Source: the human T2T-CHM13v2.0 reference genome, Homo sapiens. Taken from it: 64,000 nt of DNA. How positions within the stretch are numbered: position 1 is the stretch's first letter; every line of letters begins with the position of its first letter. Under the pieces are notes generated by a model. That model was given only the letters and a program-made list of their open reading frames with translations. It was not told the origin of the DNA and made no database searches. The position numbers were made by a program, and so were the translations under genes. Positions 1 through 14,200 of this stretch are shown here, in pieces. The DNA is taken from assembly GCF_009914755.1 (NCBI RefSeq), contig NC_060927.1. One strand, written 5' to 3'.

Positions 1-342
1 ATCTAATAAGACTCAATAGAATTTATATTACTTTATCAGATAGGTTTGTCTCTTGAGTGGCACAATAATCTGGTGAGGAGAGACAGTCAGTGACAGAAGG
101 ACCAAAAATGGGAGCCCTGCCGATTAGCCTCTGAAGCTCTAGTAAGGGCAGGCTCACACCCAAGGTTGGTAGATACATGTAGTCACTGTGTTTCTTGACC
201 CCAGGAAAACTAGAGTCACCACCACACACAGCCCATAAGTGATGATGGAGGAACTTGGTTTCCCTGAATGCGGTTGACTATATTCGTGTATCTCAAGTGT
301 CAGCTGAACAAGTGTCCCAACTTTCCCACTGTCCTTTAAGAT

Positions 343-571
343 TTAAATAGAACTTTTTATCCTAACATGTTGGACTACTTCTTCTAGTATCATTTCTTTT
401 GGGAGATGACAGTTCTTTTTTGCAGGTGGTAGGGGACCGGGGAGAGTAGGCAGGGAGCTTGTATCCTCTGGCTTCGCCTTTCTGCTTCCCTGGTTTTCCA
501 TCTGTCCTCTACACCACCTGTCCTTTACTCCCCCTAGTACCATCAACACAAGTTTGTGTAGCAGATCTTCC
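343..571 (-). pseudogene. Candidate 3'-most exon of minus-strand fossil gene
   Basis: Acceptor aacttcAG|G, then open frame EDLLHKLVLMVLGGVKDRW...EMILEEVVQHVRIKSSI* in non-repeat DNA. Confidence 0.35.
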
Positions 572-1172
572 CTGAAGTTTTTACAGTAGTGAGCAAAGGG
601 AGCGGGGCAATGAGGGGGATTTTTGTTTCTATGTTCCTCTTATTTTTAGTTGACACAATAATTGTACATATTTGTGGGATGCAGAGTGATTCTTTATCTC
701 TTCCAACTTTTAGGCTCAGGGGTATATGACGTGCAGGTTTTCTGTATAGGTAAATTGCGTGTCATGGAGTTTAGTGTACAGATTATTTTGCCACCCAGGT
801 AATAAGCATTGTATCAGATAGGTAGTTTTTCAGTCCTCACCCTCCTCCCACCTTCCACCCTCAAGAAGGCCCTCTTTGTGTCCATGTGTACTCAGTGTTT
901 AGTTACCACTTATAAGTGAGAACATGGGGTGTTTGGTCTTCTATTCTTGCATTAATTTGCCTGGGATAATGGCCTCCAGCTCCATCCATATTGCTGCAAA
1001 AGACAGGATTTCATTCTTTTTTATGACTGTGTGGTGTTCCATGGTGTATATGTACCACATTTTCTTTATCCAGTCCACCAGTGATGGGCATGTGTTTTTA
1101 TGGCAGAATGACTTACATTTCCTTGGGTATATACCCAGTAATGGGATTGCTGAGTTAAATGGTAGCTCTATT

Positions 1173-1787
<615 letters not shown>

Positions 1788-3109
1788 TAGCTCTTTGAGA
1801 ATAGCTCTTTGAGAATAGCCCAGCCTAATAGCTCTATTGTTTTAAGCTCTTTGAGAAATTTCCAGACTGCATTCCACAGTGGCTGAACTAGTTTACATTC
1901 TGGCCAGCAATGTATAAGCATTCCTTTTTCTCTGCAACCTTGCCAGCATCTGCTATTTTTTGACTTTTTAATAATAGCCATTCTGACTAGTGTGAGATGT
2001 CTCATTGTGGTTTCGATTTGCATTTCTCTAATGATTAGTGAGACTGAACATTTTTTCGTATGCTTGTTGGCCACATGTATGTCTTCTTTTGAGAAATGTC
2101 TGTTTATATTTTTTTGCCCATTTTTTAAATGGAGTTGTTTATTTTTTGCTTGTTGATTTAAGTTCCTTATCGATTCTGGATATTAGACCTTTGTTGAATG
2201 CACTTTGCAAATATTTTCTCCTGTTCTGTAGGTTGTTTACTCTATTGATAGTTTCATTCGCTGTGCAGAAGCTCTTAAGTTTAATTAGGTCCCATTTGTC
2301 AGTTTTTGTTTTTATTGCAATTGTTTTTGAATCTTCATTATAAAATGTTTGCCAGGGCCTATGTCCAGAATGGTATTTCCTAGGTTTTCTTCTAGGGTTT
2401 TTGTAGTTTTAGGTTTTATATTTAAGTCTTTCATTCATCTTCAGTTGATTTTTGTATATGATGAAAGGAGGGGGTCCAGTTTCAGTCTTCTGCATATGGC
2501 TAGCCAGTTATCCTAGCACCACTATATTGAATAGGGAGTCCTTTCTCCATTGCCTGTTTTTGTTGATTTTGTCAAAGATTGGATGATTGTAGGTGTGTGG
2601 CTTTATTTCTGGGTTTCCTATTTTCTGTTCCATTAGTCTATGTGTCTGTTTTTATACCAGTACCATGCTATTTTGGTTACTGTAGCGTCGCAGTATAGTT
2701 TGAAGTCGGGTAGTGTGATGCCTCTGGCTTTGTTCTTTTTGCTTAGGATTGCTTTGGCTATTTGGGCTCTTTTTTGGTCTTCTCATATGCTAGGGTAATT
2801 CAAACCAGGTGAAGGATATTTTAATTAAGGGATTAATGTAGGTGGCAGGTTTAGAATTGAGGTTGTAGCAAAGCACAGCAAAAGCATGAGTTAATTTGGT
2901 TTCTCCTTCCTCATCTTGCCAAGTTACTTCGTTTCTAGTCATCTGAATGAGTGAGGGAGAAATAATTCATTCATTTCATAACTTGTTGGTATTATCTGAG
3001 ACAAGTGGACACTGAATGGAAACAAGTTTGGGAAGAACAGTTCATTTTCTTTTCTAGCAGTTGGCTTGATGGCTAGGTTTCCAGCCAGGACCACAATTGA
3101 AAGACTTAC

Positions 3110-3135
3110 ATATGTACTTTCTTATTCTCTTTATT
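3110..3135 (-). pseudogene. Candidate micro-exon of fossil gene
   Basis: Pyrimidine tract..ctcaAG|A ATA AAG AGA ATA AGA AAG TAC ATA T|GTAAGT (IKRIRKYI); phase matches 3215-3368. Confidence 0.35.
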
Positions 3136-3214
3136 CTTGAGTTTAAAAGTAGAAAATAACAATCAAAAAACAAATACGAAAATCTTTAGAATTTAGAAAT
3201 TGGTGTAATTTCAC

Positions 3215-3368
3215 CTTTGTTTTGTTTCCACTAAAGCTACTTTATGTCATCTCTAGCAGAGCTGAGCTACTATCACTTTATTTTTTTTAATATCTAAAAA
3301 TGAGGAAGATTTCCAGAAAAGAACTGGCACTATAGTAAATTTACTGTCAATTTTGTTGGCTCTTTCTG
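3215..3368 (-). pseudogene. Candidate exon of fossil gene
   Basis: tttgcttcttttgtAG| ... AAG|GTGAAA; frame ERANKIDSKFTIVPVLFWKSSSFLDIKKNKVIVAQLC*R*HKVALVETKQ. Confidence 0.5.
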
Positions 3369-3809
3369 CTACAAAAGAAGCAAACTAAACAGTGAACAAG
3401 ATAAGTACAGGTACTTTTAAAACATCTAATGCAAAAATGGGTTGGGAAGGGGAAAGAGTTATGAAATTTTACTTCTTCCTTTGAAGAGCTAAAGGAATGA
3501 ACCTATTTTGGCATGTCCTCAGGGCAGGAACAAGTACCTTAGCTTCTCCTCAGAAAGAGCTTCATGACCTTCTGAGTATCAGAGGTGGCCTTTCCTATTC
3601 TAGTTGCAAAGCAGGTAGGCCTAGTACACAATCCAGTTTCAACAGTCAACCAGTCAACCCACGTTTCCCATAATGCAGAAGTGCATAATGGCCTACCTAA
3701 TGTAAATAAGTCTGAGCAATTAGTCTGGAAAGAAGGCTGGTGCCAGGTCTGAAAATGCCTTGAATCATTGGGGCATACAGGATGGTTGTACAGTTTTTTG
3801 TTAATGTTT

Positions 3810-4302
3810 TAATTATTTAAAAATTCATTCAATAGGAAATATATATGGTAAAAAATGAAAACTCCCCAGCCCACCACTATCTTACTACACTGAGGTAATC
3901 ATTGTTGATAGTTTAATGTGTATCCTCCCAGACCTTTTCTAGGCCTTTAGAAACCACACATACATACTACAGTGCTTTTTACACAAATGGAATCATATCA
4001 TACACATTGCCATTTGGTTTTGAAATATCTTGGAGAGCTTTCCATTCAGTATGTTTAGATCTTCATTTTAAAAAACAAAATAGAATTTTATAGTTGTATA
4101 ATGGTTTACGTAAAAATTCCTTTATTGACGGGCATTTAGATAGTGTCCAGTTTTTCACTATTACATGCTATAATCAATTACTCATTTTCATTCTCTTCGA
4201 GTATTTCTACAGAATAGAATCATAAAAAAGAAATAGCCAAACAAAGGGCATGTCTATTTTAAACTCTGATATATACTGCTAAACTGCTCTTCAAAAAGAT
4301 TG
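3810..4302 (-). mobile_element. Old L1ME-type fragment
   Basis: Degenerate L1M motifs (aatggaatcata, gacgggcatttag, aaactgctcttcaaaaagattg). Confidence 0.7.
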
Positions 4303-4592
4303 CTGGATGATTTTAAGCAGAGGAGTAATTTGTAGTATTGATACTGGATTGGAGTTTAAACCTAGAGATTATTAAGGCCATTTCAATAGTCTTGGTAAGT
4401 AATTTGATCAAAAGACCTGAGCAAGTCAGTGGGGATGAGAAAGTGGGGACAAATTTAAGAAACTCTGGGGAGGTAAAATTAATGAGATTTGGTGACTGTT
4501 TGGATAGGGCAGTGTCTTGGATGATTCTCAGGTGTCAAGCTGGTTAGTAATTCCATTAACACCATTATAAATATAGGAGGAGAAGCAGGTTT
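4303..4592 (-). mobile_element. L2 fragment
   Basis: gattttaagcagaggagt, gagatttggtgactgtttgga, ggaggagaagcaggttt L2 motifs. Confidence 0.65.
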
Positions 4593-4604
4593 TCCTTCTG
4601 TTCC

Positions 4605-5410
4605 AGACTCAGTAAATGTCACCACCATTTTACTTACAAGCTCAAGCCAAAAGTCTTAATAGTTTAATCCCACATCCAACTTACCAGCAAGTCCTGTTAG
4701 ACTCAAAATATAATCTGATTTCGAAAGTAGAGGTGACAGGACTTGCTAATAAATTGAAACTATACTCTAAATCTGACTTCATTGCTTCCACCACCTCCAC
4801 CCTACTCCCAGCCACATGAACTCTCACCTTGACTACTCCAGCATCCTCCCAACTGGTCTCCCTGCTTCCATGCTTATCCCCCTCTCACACACACATGCAT
4901 TTTAACCATTTCCCACACACAAAGGGATCTTTTAAATCTAAATTAGATTATCTCACTCCCCTTAAAACCCTTAATTGATTTTTCTTAGAATAACATCCAA
5001 ACTTACTCTATTCACTAGGCTTTACATGGTCTAGCCCCTGGCTACCTACATCTGCTAGTCTACTCTCTAACCATATTGACATTCTCTGTGTTTCTCAAAT
5101 AAGCCAGCCTTTTTCCTGCCTTAGATCTTTGCCCTAGTGGTATACTTCGCACTTGTCCCTGTTATTTCATTCTCAGCTTCAGTACCACCTCACAGAAGTC
5201 AGTCTTCTCCTTTCTCTAAAGGAATCGCTTCCACTATCATATTTTTGTTTTATTTTCTTCATAGAAAAATTATTTGAAATGAACTTGTTTATTTCTTATT
5301 TGATTGTTTATGTCTATCAACCCCTCAAAAGACTGTAAGCTCCTTGGGGGCATATAGAATTAATTCTGGCAAGTAGTAGGGTCTCAATAAATGTTGAATG
5401 GATAGATGGA
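4605..5410 (+). mobile_element. L2 3' portion
   Basis: cagcaagtcctgt, caactggtctccctgcttcca, gactgtaagctcc..ctcaataaatgttgaatgga tail. Confidence 0.8.
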
Positions 5411-5687
5411 CAGAATTGGCACTAGGGAGAACATAGCCTTTTCTCCACCAGGGCTCATCATTTTGTTCCTGCCTGAATGGCAAGTCAGTTAATTATGTTC
5501 TTAATCAGTTAATTACGTTCATTTGTGGAACATGTTACCTAGGGCTGTGTCTCCAGGACCATCAGTAGGGGATGCTGGGATATAGCTTCTAGGGCATAGC
5601 CAATGAGATGTTTAGAGGCTTTAATTCTAGTAGCCATTAGCTTTAGTGTTTTTAGAAAAGGGAATTAAGTGAGTACTTTGTCTAGGG

Positions 5688-6005
5688 CTGCAGTGTTCAA
5701 TAAGGTAGCTTGGTTGCTAGCATGCACTTGAAATGTATCTAGTCCAAATTGAGGTAGGCCATAAATATATAATATATGCTGAATTTTGAAGACCCAGCAT
5801 GAGAAGAAAGAATGTAACATATCTTAATTTTTTATATAGAATATACATTGAAAAGAATAGCATAGAATCAATTGAATTAAAGAAATATAATGTTAAAAAT
5901 AATTTTACCTTTTTTTTTTTACTTCTTTTAATATGACTGAACATGTAAGTCTACATAAACGGCTCACATTTGTAGCTTAAATTCTATTTCTATTGGACAG
6001 CACTG
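5688..6005. mobile_element. MER33 (hAT-Charlie)
   Basis: Terminus tattggacagcactg; perfect 8-bp TSD gtctaggg at 5680-5687 and 6006-6013. Confidence 0.88.
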
Positions 6006-6519
6006 GTCTAGGGCATCTTCTTCAGGTGCTAGAGTTACACGAATAACGTTATGTATTGTACTTAATGATTATTTGCATTTTTCCTCATATACAAGTTTTT
6101 TACCTGAATGCTGTGCCCACCCTCCTCTCCTCCCCCACCCTCTACCTGAAAGGTAGGTTTTACTTTGTTTGTAGGCTCTTTGTTCTTGGGAACGAATGGA
6201 TTTTGTTTCTGGTTTATTTTTTCCCAGTGGGGAGGTGGGTTGGGGATGGTTGGGGTAATGTGTTTTGTTTGTTGCTTTTTTCTTGAAGTAGGATAGAATG
6301 GAAGGAAACTGCAGTAATGGCGATAAGGAACTGAAGTTTTTAATTACTGAGACCAATAGTGTGACATTGACGAAGCTCTGACTTCTGGGTAACTGAGGAA
6401 CCTGAGCATCCTGTGAAGCTATGCCAGAGATGGAGGAGCTAAGAGCCAGTCCTAAATCAGAGGAGAGTTGGAAGTCCAATGTGTTGATCTAGATGCATGT
6501 ATTAATAGATATTGTATGT

Positions 6520-6670
6520 TAAATTGCTCATATGTTTATTACTTATCCTCTCCCGCCCCACTAGAATGTACACTCCATGAGAGCAGAAGCTTTATCTTTC
6601 TTGCTCCCTGTAGTATTCTGGCTCAATGCCTGGCACATAGTCATTAATACCTATTTGTTGAATGAATAAA
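6520..6670 (+). mobile_element. L2 3' end
   Basis: cactagaatgtacactccatgagagcag..tgcctggcacatag..tttgttgaatgaataaa. Confidence 0.8.
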
Positions 6671-7216
6671 CAATTAAGTGGCAACTTCTTCAGGCCATGA
6701 GTAAACTATGGACCTTATATAAAGGGCTGCTATTTTCCATTTCTGTCGTTATTTCTATACCTAATATCTGTGATGCTATTTTGTATTAATTTTTTTGTCC
6801 AGAACTTCCTGTTTGGAATGCTTACGGATGGTAAGTGCTGATCTGTGTAGCAAAGGGCATTTTCCCAGCACCTGGTGAAGCCCCTTAACCAAAAATACAT
6901 CTAGCCCAAGACTTGCACATTAATTTGTTCACTTAGTCTACCTTAAGATCACTCTTTAAAGAGGACATTTGTAAAGAACAAAGATTATGCTGTTTGTTTT
7001 GTTCTTAAATCTAGGAGTTTTATTTTCATAAAAAATGGTGGTTCTGTGGTTGCCTTCATGATATCAAAGACCCAGGTTCCTTTTATCTTTATGCTTAGCC
7101 TGCTTTGGCAAATGCTTGTTGCTTCATAATGCCTGATCCACCCTCACCTTCAGGTAGAAAGAAAGGAGGGTATTGGGGGATACATGTGCATGCCAGCTGA
7201 ATCAGTATTCCCCCAC

Positions 7217-7765
7217 TTTTTTTGTGTGTGTGGTGAAATTCACTTGACATAAAATTAACCATTTTAAAGTGAACGATTCAGTGGCAATTAGTATATTCAT
7301 GGTATTATGTAACCCCCACCTCTATTCAGTTGCAAAACACTTTTATCACCCCAAAAGAAAACCCAGTATCTGTAAAACATTTACTCCTAATTCTCCCTTT
7401 CCCCCAACCCTTGGCAACCACCAGTCTTCTTTCTGTCTCTGTGGATTTACTTTTAATGAATATTCCATATAAATGGGGTCATATGGTATGTGATCTTTTA
7501 TGTCTGGCTTTTTCACTTAACATGTTTTTAAGGTTTTTACATGTTGCAGCATGTATCAGTATTTTGTTCCTTTTTATGGCTAAGTAGTATCCCATTATAT
7601 GTATATACCACAATTTGTTTATCCATTCAGCTATTGATGAATTTAGGTTGTTTCTATATTTTGGCTATTGTGGATAGCGCTGCTATGAATGTTTCTATAA
7701 GTATTTGTTTGAGTACCTGTTTTCAATTTTGGGGAGTATATACCTAGGAATTGCTGGGTCATATG
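7217..7765 (-). mobile_element. L1MB-type 3' end
   Basis: ataaaattaaccattttaaagtgaacgattcagtggc..ggcaaccacc..aattgctgggtcatatg. Confidence 0.85.
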
Positions 7766-9344
7766 TTCTGTGTTTCTGTGCTATTTCTTTTTGAAGTAAT
7801 ACTTCTTCCTGTACTATCTGCAGTAATTACTGTTATCCAATGGAGAGTAGTACAAGATGTCTCTTGTGGGATGTGGGAGTCAACAGAGAATACCAGAACT
7901 CTAGGGTCTGTGATCAGAGATTTCCTGGCAATAACTACAAAGGAGAGATTAATAGGAAATATGCATATATGCATATGAGGTAAGAATTCAGGAATTCCAG
8001 ACAAACCCCCCCCAGGAAGGAATTAGGTTATCTAAGTCACCCTTTACATTTTTCCCCGGGATTCAGTCTCTGAGTCATACTGGATTCATCCTAGCCTTCT
8101 AGTGCCTTAATCTGGAACTGTGATCTGTATGCTCCAATTCTCTGTAATAGTCAAGCCTTCAAGTACAGGATCAGCAGTGGGCTGATAGCTTCATTTGGTT
8201 AAGCATGGAGGTGAGGCCCTTCTGTTTGAACATGCTTGGAACGGTACCTATATCAGGGGTGGTAGTGATGGCAGTTGTTAGCATTGAGAGGATGGATCCA
8301 GAGCGAAATTGCCTCTCACAGTATTTGTGCAGTATGGAGTCAGCGTTAATCAGCCCTATTCTACCAGCTTCAAAAACTGGAGGCTGGCAGCTTTTCATTT
8401 CAGGGTAGTGAGCTACCTGGGAGGTCTCAAGAATGATTCTGACAATGTTCCAAGGGAATCTTTCCTGCTGCTATGTGCCTGTGTGCAGGTATTATGTGTA
8501 TGTAGGAGGGTGGAAAAAAGGCAAGACAGGGTGGGCCTTTATGTTTAGTGTGTGGGTGGGGAGGACCTACCGTGTGGTATATGTCAGTCACATTTCACAT
8601 TTCTTACAGGCCTTAACTTCTAGTAAATTTAGTGATAATTTCTTTGCTGCTTTTTTCACTGAGACTCATTAAGCTATAAAATTATCACAATGTTACGGGC
8701 ATCTGTGTCCATGTTTCCAACATCATTTAGGCATCTGGCTGCTTCCTACTGATGTAGCCTTCTTACCCCTCTCACCTCCTCCCCTGCCCCTACCAACAGT
8801 TGGGAACAAAACACTCACCAAGCAAAGAACTAACTGAAAGAATATGACAGTGGCTGCTTTTCCCTCCTACGCTACTATTTCTCAAAAAGTATTTTGGGCC
8901 AGTTTGGGAATTCTTAACTATGTCCTCGCTGCCCTCCCCTTATTTGACTCACAGATGTCTTTCCACACCACCTCCCCATCCCCCAAAATGAGCTTGGTAA
9001 GTCCCTTTCTAAAGTTGCCTTTCTCCTTGAGTGATACTCTACCTAGGCTACACCTTGGATCCTCCCTTGATTTTCTTCCCTCCTCTTTCCTGCATCCTCT
9101 TCTCCGCCATATCACTTCTGGAGCAAGCCTCTTAAACCTACTTCCTATGGTGAACATGAGTGGTTTTCATTTACTTCCCCACAGTTTTTATTCCTTCCCC
9201 ACTCTCCATCCATGTGATTCAGCTGGGATTGACACCCATCATAGTGACTGGATATGGGTTCCAGGACAATCAAGTTACCTAAGGGTTTTTGTTGAAATGG
9301 AAAAAAAAAAAAAAGCCACTCTTTTTTTCTACAAGGATTGCTAA

Positions 9345-9534
9345 GACAGAGACTAGAGGTGGAGAGAGACAGATTTCCAATCATGACACTTGAGCTCCTA
9401 AATTCTGCCACACTTGTAGCCATTCTTACCCTTACAATGATTTTCTGTTATGTGAATCAATACATTTTATTTTATTCTTGGGCCAATTTGAGATGGGTTT
9501 TTATCCCTTGCAATTAAAAGAACTGACCAAGACA
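9345..9534 (+). mobile_element. MLT1J/K-like MaLR LTR 3' fragment
   Basis: ccaatttgagatgggtttttatcccttgcaattaaaag..aca terminus. Confidence 0.55.
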
Positions 9535-9882
9535 AGACCTGTCAGCCTACTGTTATCTCCACTTCTATAGTTCCCTCTGGGCCCTATTCAATTGGAGACA
9601 GCATTTTGCCCATATCCTTAACCTTCTCAACCCCTGCCACTGACTCACTTCAGTATTAAAATTCCATACATACACTAGGGCTTTTTAGTCTATCAAGAGG
9701 CTTTCCTGTCTAATTCGATTTTTACATAAAGCTTTGAGGAAGATAGAGGAGGCATTTTTATCCCTTTTCTTCTGCTGAGGAAACAAGTTGAAAGAAGTTT
9801 ATGCTGATTTACCCATTTCAAGCTATTTGTAGTCACTGCTGGGACTCAAACCTGATTTTCTTAACTGCAGATCTAGAGTTTC

Positions 9883-10052
9883 TCTTCTTTTCTTTTCCTT
9901 TCCTTTCTTTTCCTTCTCTTTCTTTTTTGTTTTTTTGAGATGTGGTCTCACTATGTTGGCCAGGTTGGCCTTGAACTGCTGGCCTCAAGCAATCCTCCCA
10001 CCTCAGCCTCCCAAAGTGCTAGGATTACAGGCCTGAGCCATTGGACCTGGTC
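9883..10052 (-). mobile_element. FLAM Alu monomer inserted in a MIR (MIR ~9700-9880)
   Basis: Single left-type monomer with pyrimidine tail; flanks tagagtt(t)ct. Confidence 0.8.
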
Positions 10053-10674
10053 TTAGAGTTCTTTTTTTTATAAATTGTGTTGCCTCCCCTGGGTAGAAAC
10101 ACAGCTCTAATGTAAACTTACACTGTCTTCTCCCATGGAAACCTTTTTTTAACACCTGTAAGGCCCTGTGGGACAGAAGGCCTTTGTTTCACTATTTCTT
10201 TGAGATTGCTGTCCTCCATTTTTCAATATTTGAATAACATTTCATCTGTGTGTACCATCTACTACAGTCTTTGTTTCTGTTGTAGGTTCCTTCTCAAGGA
10301 CTTATCCTAGTTTAAAAATACGACTTTTGCCCAAATTTCATTTGGGTCCTACTGCCCGTTGGAGAACCCTTTGGCTTCTTCGATCCTTCAACAACCCAAG
10401 ACCTCCCACAAAGCCAGTCAAATCATTCATCATTTCTACTCTTCCTGATCTGCTTCTTATGATCCCACTCCTGGGCTGGGAAGTGCAACAGCAAAGAGAC
10501 TAACGCATGCACTTTTGGCCTTGCTGCCTATTTTCATCTGGGCCCTTTCTGCTGTGCAGATCTCTAGGTGGCTACATTCTTATAGTAGCTGCTTCTCAAC
10601 CTTTGCCAATCTGTTCATGGTCTTGCTTTCTCTATTTGATGTCTGAAACCAGTTTGCCTTCATAGAACTTCTAT

Positions 10675-11672
10675 AATAAACATTACTGTTTGCCTACTTA
10701 GCATCTATTGCTTCCTTCCTTATAATATCTGATTTTTATTAAGGGATCCCCTTACCAAGGAAGTACATGTGTTTTAAGAGAAGCTAATGCTATAGTCATA
10801 TCCACAGCTGGTCCTGATTGAGCCAAGGGTAATTACAGTAGTAATTGGGGCTGTTCCTAAATATTCTGGTTCTCCTTGGTACATAGTAGAATTGTATTTC
10901 CCAGCTTGTTGAAGTTAGGAGTGACCATATGACTTGCTTTGGCCAGTAAAATGTGAATAGAAATGATATATGTCACTTCTACGCAAACGCCTTTAAAAGC
11001 CAGTGTGTGATTCACCAGACCCCCTTCCCTCTGCTACAATGATTGCTAAAGCCTGTGTCAAGGTGAAGCCTCCATTAGCCTCTGTCCTAGGGTGACTATA
11101 ATGGTAGAGCGCCCCCTGCTGACCCACACTGGCATGTAGTGAGAGCAATAAAATTTTAGCTGTATTAAATAGCCACTGAGATTTGGGGGTTGACTGCCAT
11201 TGCAGTTTAAGTCCTAACCGAAATAGTAATCACATCCTCTAACCTGTACCTGGGTCAGGAACCTAGCCTAAACCAAGGAATAGGTTGAAAAAAAGCTTGT
11301 GACTCAGTTGGTACACTGAGATGAGAAGGGAGATTTGCTGGGGCTTTGATGAAAGAAGTAAGTTACTTTTAAGAAAGTAACTTTATGAAAGTAATTCATC
11401 AGAAGAGATGAATCCTCTCTTTCTCTGCATGTTGTGTGTAAACGTGAATCCTGGAGTTATTGTAGTCATCTTGCTACCTGCCTGAGGATAAAGCCAATGC
11501 AGGGGGAGAGCAGTACCAAAAGAATCACAGAGAAATGAAGCCAAAGCCCTCATTGAATCACAACCAATCATTACTCTACTTCTGGACTTTTTCATTTAGG
11601 AGAACCAATACATTTCCTTTACTGTTTAAGTCTTTTGAGTTTTCTGTTACCTGCCTCCAAAAGCATCTTAAC
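10675..11672 (+). mobile_element. MLT1K-like MaLR LTR (host)
   Basis: gtcatcttgctacc, cttctggacttttt, ctgttacctgcctccaaaagcatcttaaca. Confidence 0.65.
10834..11225 (+). mobile_element. MLT1I-like LTR nested in MLT1K
   Basis: atgacttgctttggccagtaaaatgtga, agccactgagatttgggggtt; 5-bp TSD gtaat 10829-10833/11226-11230. Confidence 0.75.
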
Positions 11673-11873
11673 AGTTGCAACTTCCTTTCTCGGTTCTTAT
11701 TTCCACTTCCCACTCTTCCATTTAGTCTAAAAGAAATAATAACTAATAATGGCATTTGTTTAGAGAAGACTTACTCTGTAGCTGGCACTATGCTAAGTGC
11801 TTTTCAGAAGGAGATTATCATTCCATTTCAGAGTAGCAAAATGTGTGAGCTCTTTGAGAGCAAGATATATGTA

Positions 11874-12000
11874 TTTTTAAATTTGTAGTTTTTGTAGAGA
11901 TGAGGTGTTGCTAGGGCTGGTCTCGAACTCCTGGCCTCAAGCAGTCCTCCCACCTCGGCCTCCCAAGGTGTTGGGATTACAGGCATGAGCCACCATGCCC
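11874..12000 (-). mobile_element. Alu left monomer (FLAM/AluJ)
   Basis: ctcgaactcctggcctcaagcagtcctcccacctcggcc. Confidence 0.85.
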
Positions 12001-13989
12001 TACTTGTAAGAATCTTTTCTCATTTGTACATATTTGTTTTCACTGCAATTATGATATAGTACAGAGCCAGTACTGAGCAAATATTAACTGAACAAATATA
12101 AATTGACCTTTATCCTTAAAGGGCTTACTGTATTGTTGTATATTCAAGTGTTAGAAACCTGCAAGATTCAAGACCAATACAAGACAGTATATGCTGTTAC
12201 TCAGTTGAAGATCCAAAGGGCATGGTACTAATAGTAAAGGCTATGAAAGAAAGATATTGTCATTATCATGATTGCCTGAAGGTTGGGAGCAAAAACTTTT
12301 TGGAAAAGGTCAAATTTGATCAAAAAAGAAGGATCAGAATTGAATAGTACAGCAGGTTGGGGAGTGGATATCCCCTAAAGTCAGGGCAATAACAGAAGCA
12401 ATAAATAGCATGGTGTCAAAAAGGAACTTGGTGCATTGAAGAGTGTGCAGTATATCTAACTGAAGTGCTCAATGTTAGACCTTTTATTCCATTTTTCTAA
12501 TCATAAGAGACAATAGAAAGCCATTTGCCTTTGAATTGCTTGAGGTAGGCTTGATATAAAAGAGGTATTGTGGCCACTACTCTGACTATATGCTCAAACC
12601 CCTTGCACACAGTAGTTAATGATGTTTGTAAACTTCAAATGCATCCATCCATGTACCATTTCTCCCCAGAGAGAGTAGAAGTTTCCAAGGGCTTGTGTGC
12701 CAAGCATTCTGCTTCTTTCCTGGCTCTCTTAATTCAATGCTAGACACATACTGGTGCACAGTAGTCCCTCAGTTAAGTACTAACTAAATTGATTTAAATT
12801 ATCTGGTTTGGGGAAAGAAGTTATGTGCCTAGTGAGCCTGGTTTCTCAGCACATTAACACTTCATCAAACCTCTGTCAGATCAGATTCTCAATAGGATAT
12901 CTTAAATACATGCTATTAAAATACCTAAATAGAAGTTCCATCTGTTTGAATAGACTGAGCCTGATGAATCAGCCAGAGAGGTGGGAGGCTGATCCAGCCA
13001 GACATGAACCTATCGGGTGGGGAACAGGCAGCTAGCTCTCCCTCCTTTTGCTACCCCGCTAGTGCTCACATTAGAATGTACAGATTTATGAAGTGAAAAC
13101 ATGATCAACCAGTTAGCAAAACGCAAAGACTGGAGCAAGCCGTAGGGCATTGTTTGTAGGCTCGCTAACAGATGTCCGGCTGGAACCCCTCTTCCCAGCT
13201 GTAGATCACACTGAAGCCCTTGTTAGAGTAGGAGAAAGAGGAGCCCTGGGACCTGCCCTTTTCACAAATCCTGGGCCACTGGAGTCTACATTTTGTTTTC
13301 ATGCCATTGTAAAAAAAAATTTAAAAAGACACAAAAAAACAGGACTTATTTTGGAAACTGTCACCAGTGAAGTCACCAAGGACTTAAAGACATAAAATAT
13401 AAAGATGGAAAAATGTCGAGGAAGCTGCATCCCTTCATATTTGCCCAGCAAAATTTTGCACGAACATCCATCCTTAATGAGAGTCATCAAGCCCAAATTT
13501 CCAAATGGTCTTGGCTGCCAGAATTCTAGTTACAATCAGCTTCTCCCCATTCCCATTTTCCCTTAAATACCCTGGTTGTGGGTTGCATTTTTCGATGCTG
13601 TGATTAAAGAAGGAAAATGATTTCAGGGTCACTCTTCACACCAAAATACATGTTTCAAAATGTTCTTTTCTAAACTTTGCTCCGATTGGTAGCACTTAGT
13701 ACACAAGGCCTTGCACACAATAGGTGCTCAGTAAATAATTTGTTCAATTAAACTGAATCAGACTTCATTCTTCTAAACTAAGAAAAAAATTGAGTGTGCT
13801 TTCTTATTAGCACCACTGGCCTGATTTCTCTTCTACCGTGCTGTCTGTCAACTTGCCTTTCCATGTCTGTAGCCTTAACCCAGCCCCTAACACAAAGACA
13901 TGCAAACACAGTCCCACACTATCCCATTCAAGTGTTTCTATTGCTCCTTTATGGGTCTGCTTATGGTATTTACTTTGTTAAATGAGAGA

Positions 13990-14200
13990 GGAAGTGAAAA
14001 GAATAATGTCTAAGAGTCAAAAGACCTGGATTCTCCTCCCACTTTTGTCATTACTTTGGATCTTAGGTAAGTGACTATGCGCTCAGATTCCTCATCTCTG
14101 AAGTAATAATAATAATATATATGCCTGACCTACCTCCCAGGATTGTTGTGAATATCAAATGAGCTAATATATGTGAAAACCCTTTGAGAACAGAAAAGGC
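13990..14200 (+). mobile_element. MIR
   Basis: gagtcaaaagacctggattct..ttcctcatctctgaa..ggattgttgtgaatatcaaatgag. Confidence 0.75.

Noticed and set aside
8171-8680. Possible fossil exons (QQERFPWNIVRIILETSQ..; 8572-8674) and a faint tRNA-Ile-like 5' stretch near 8180
   Set aside because: Several frames are equally plausible and there is no B-box or cloverleaf; not supportable without alignment
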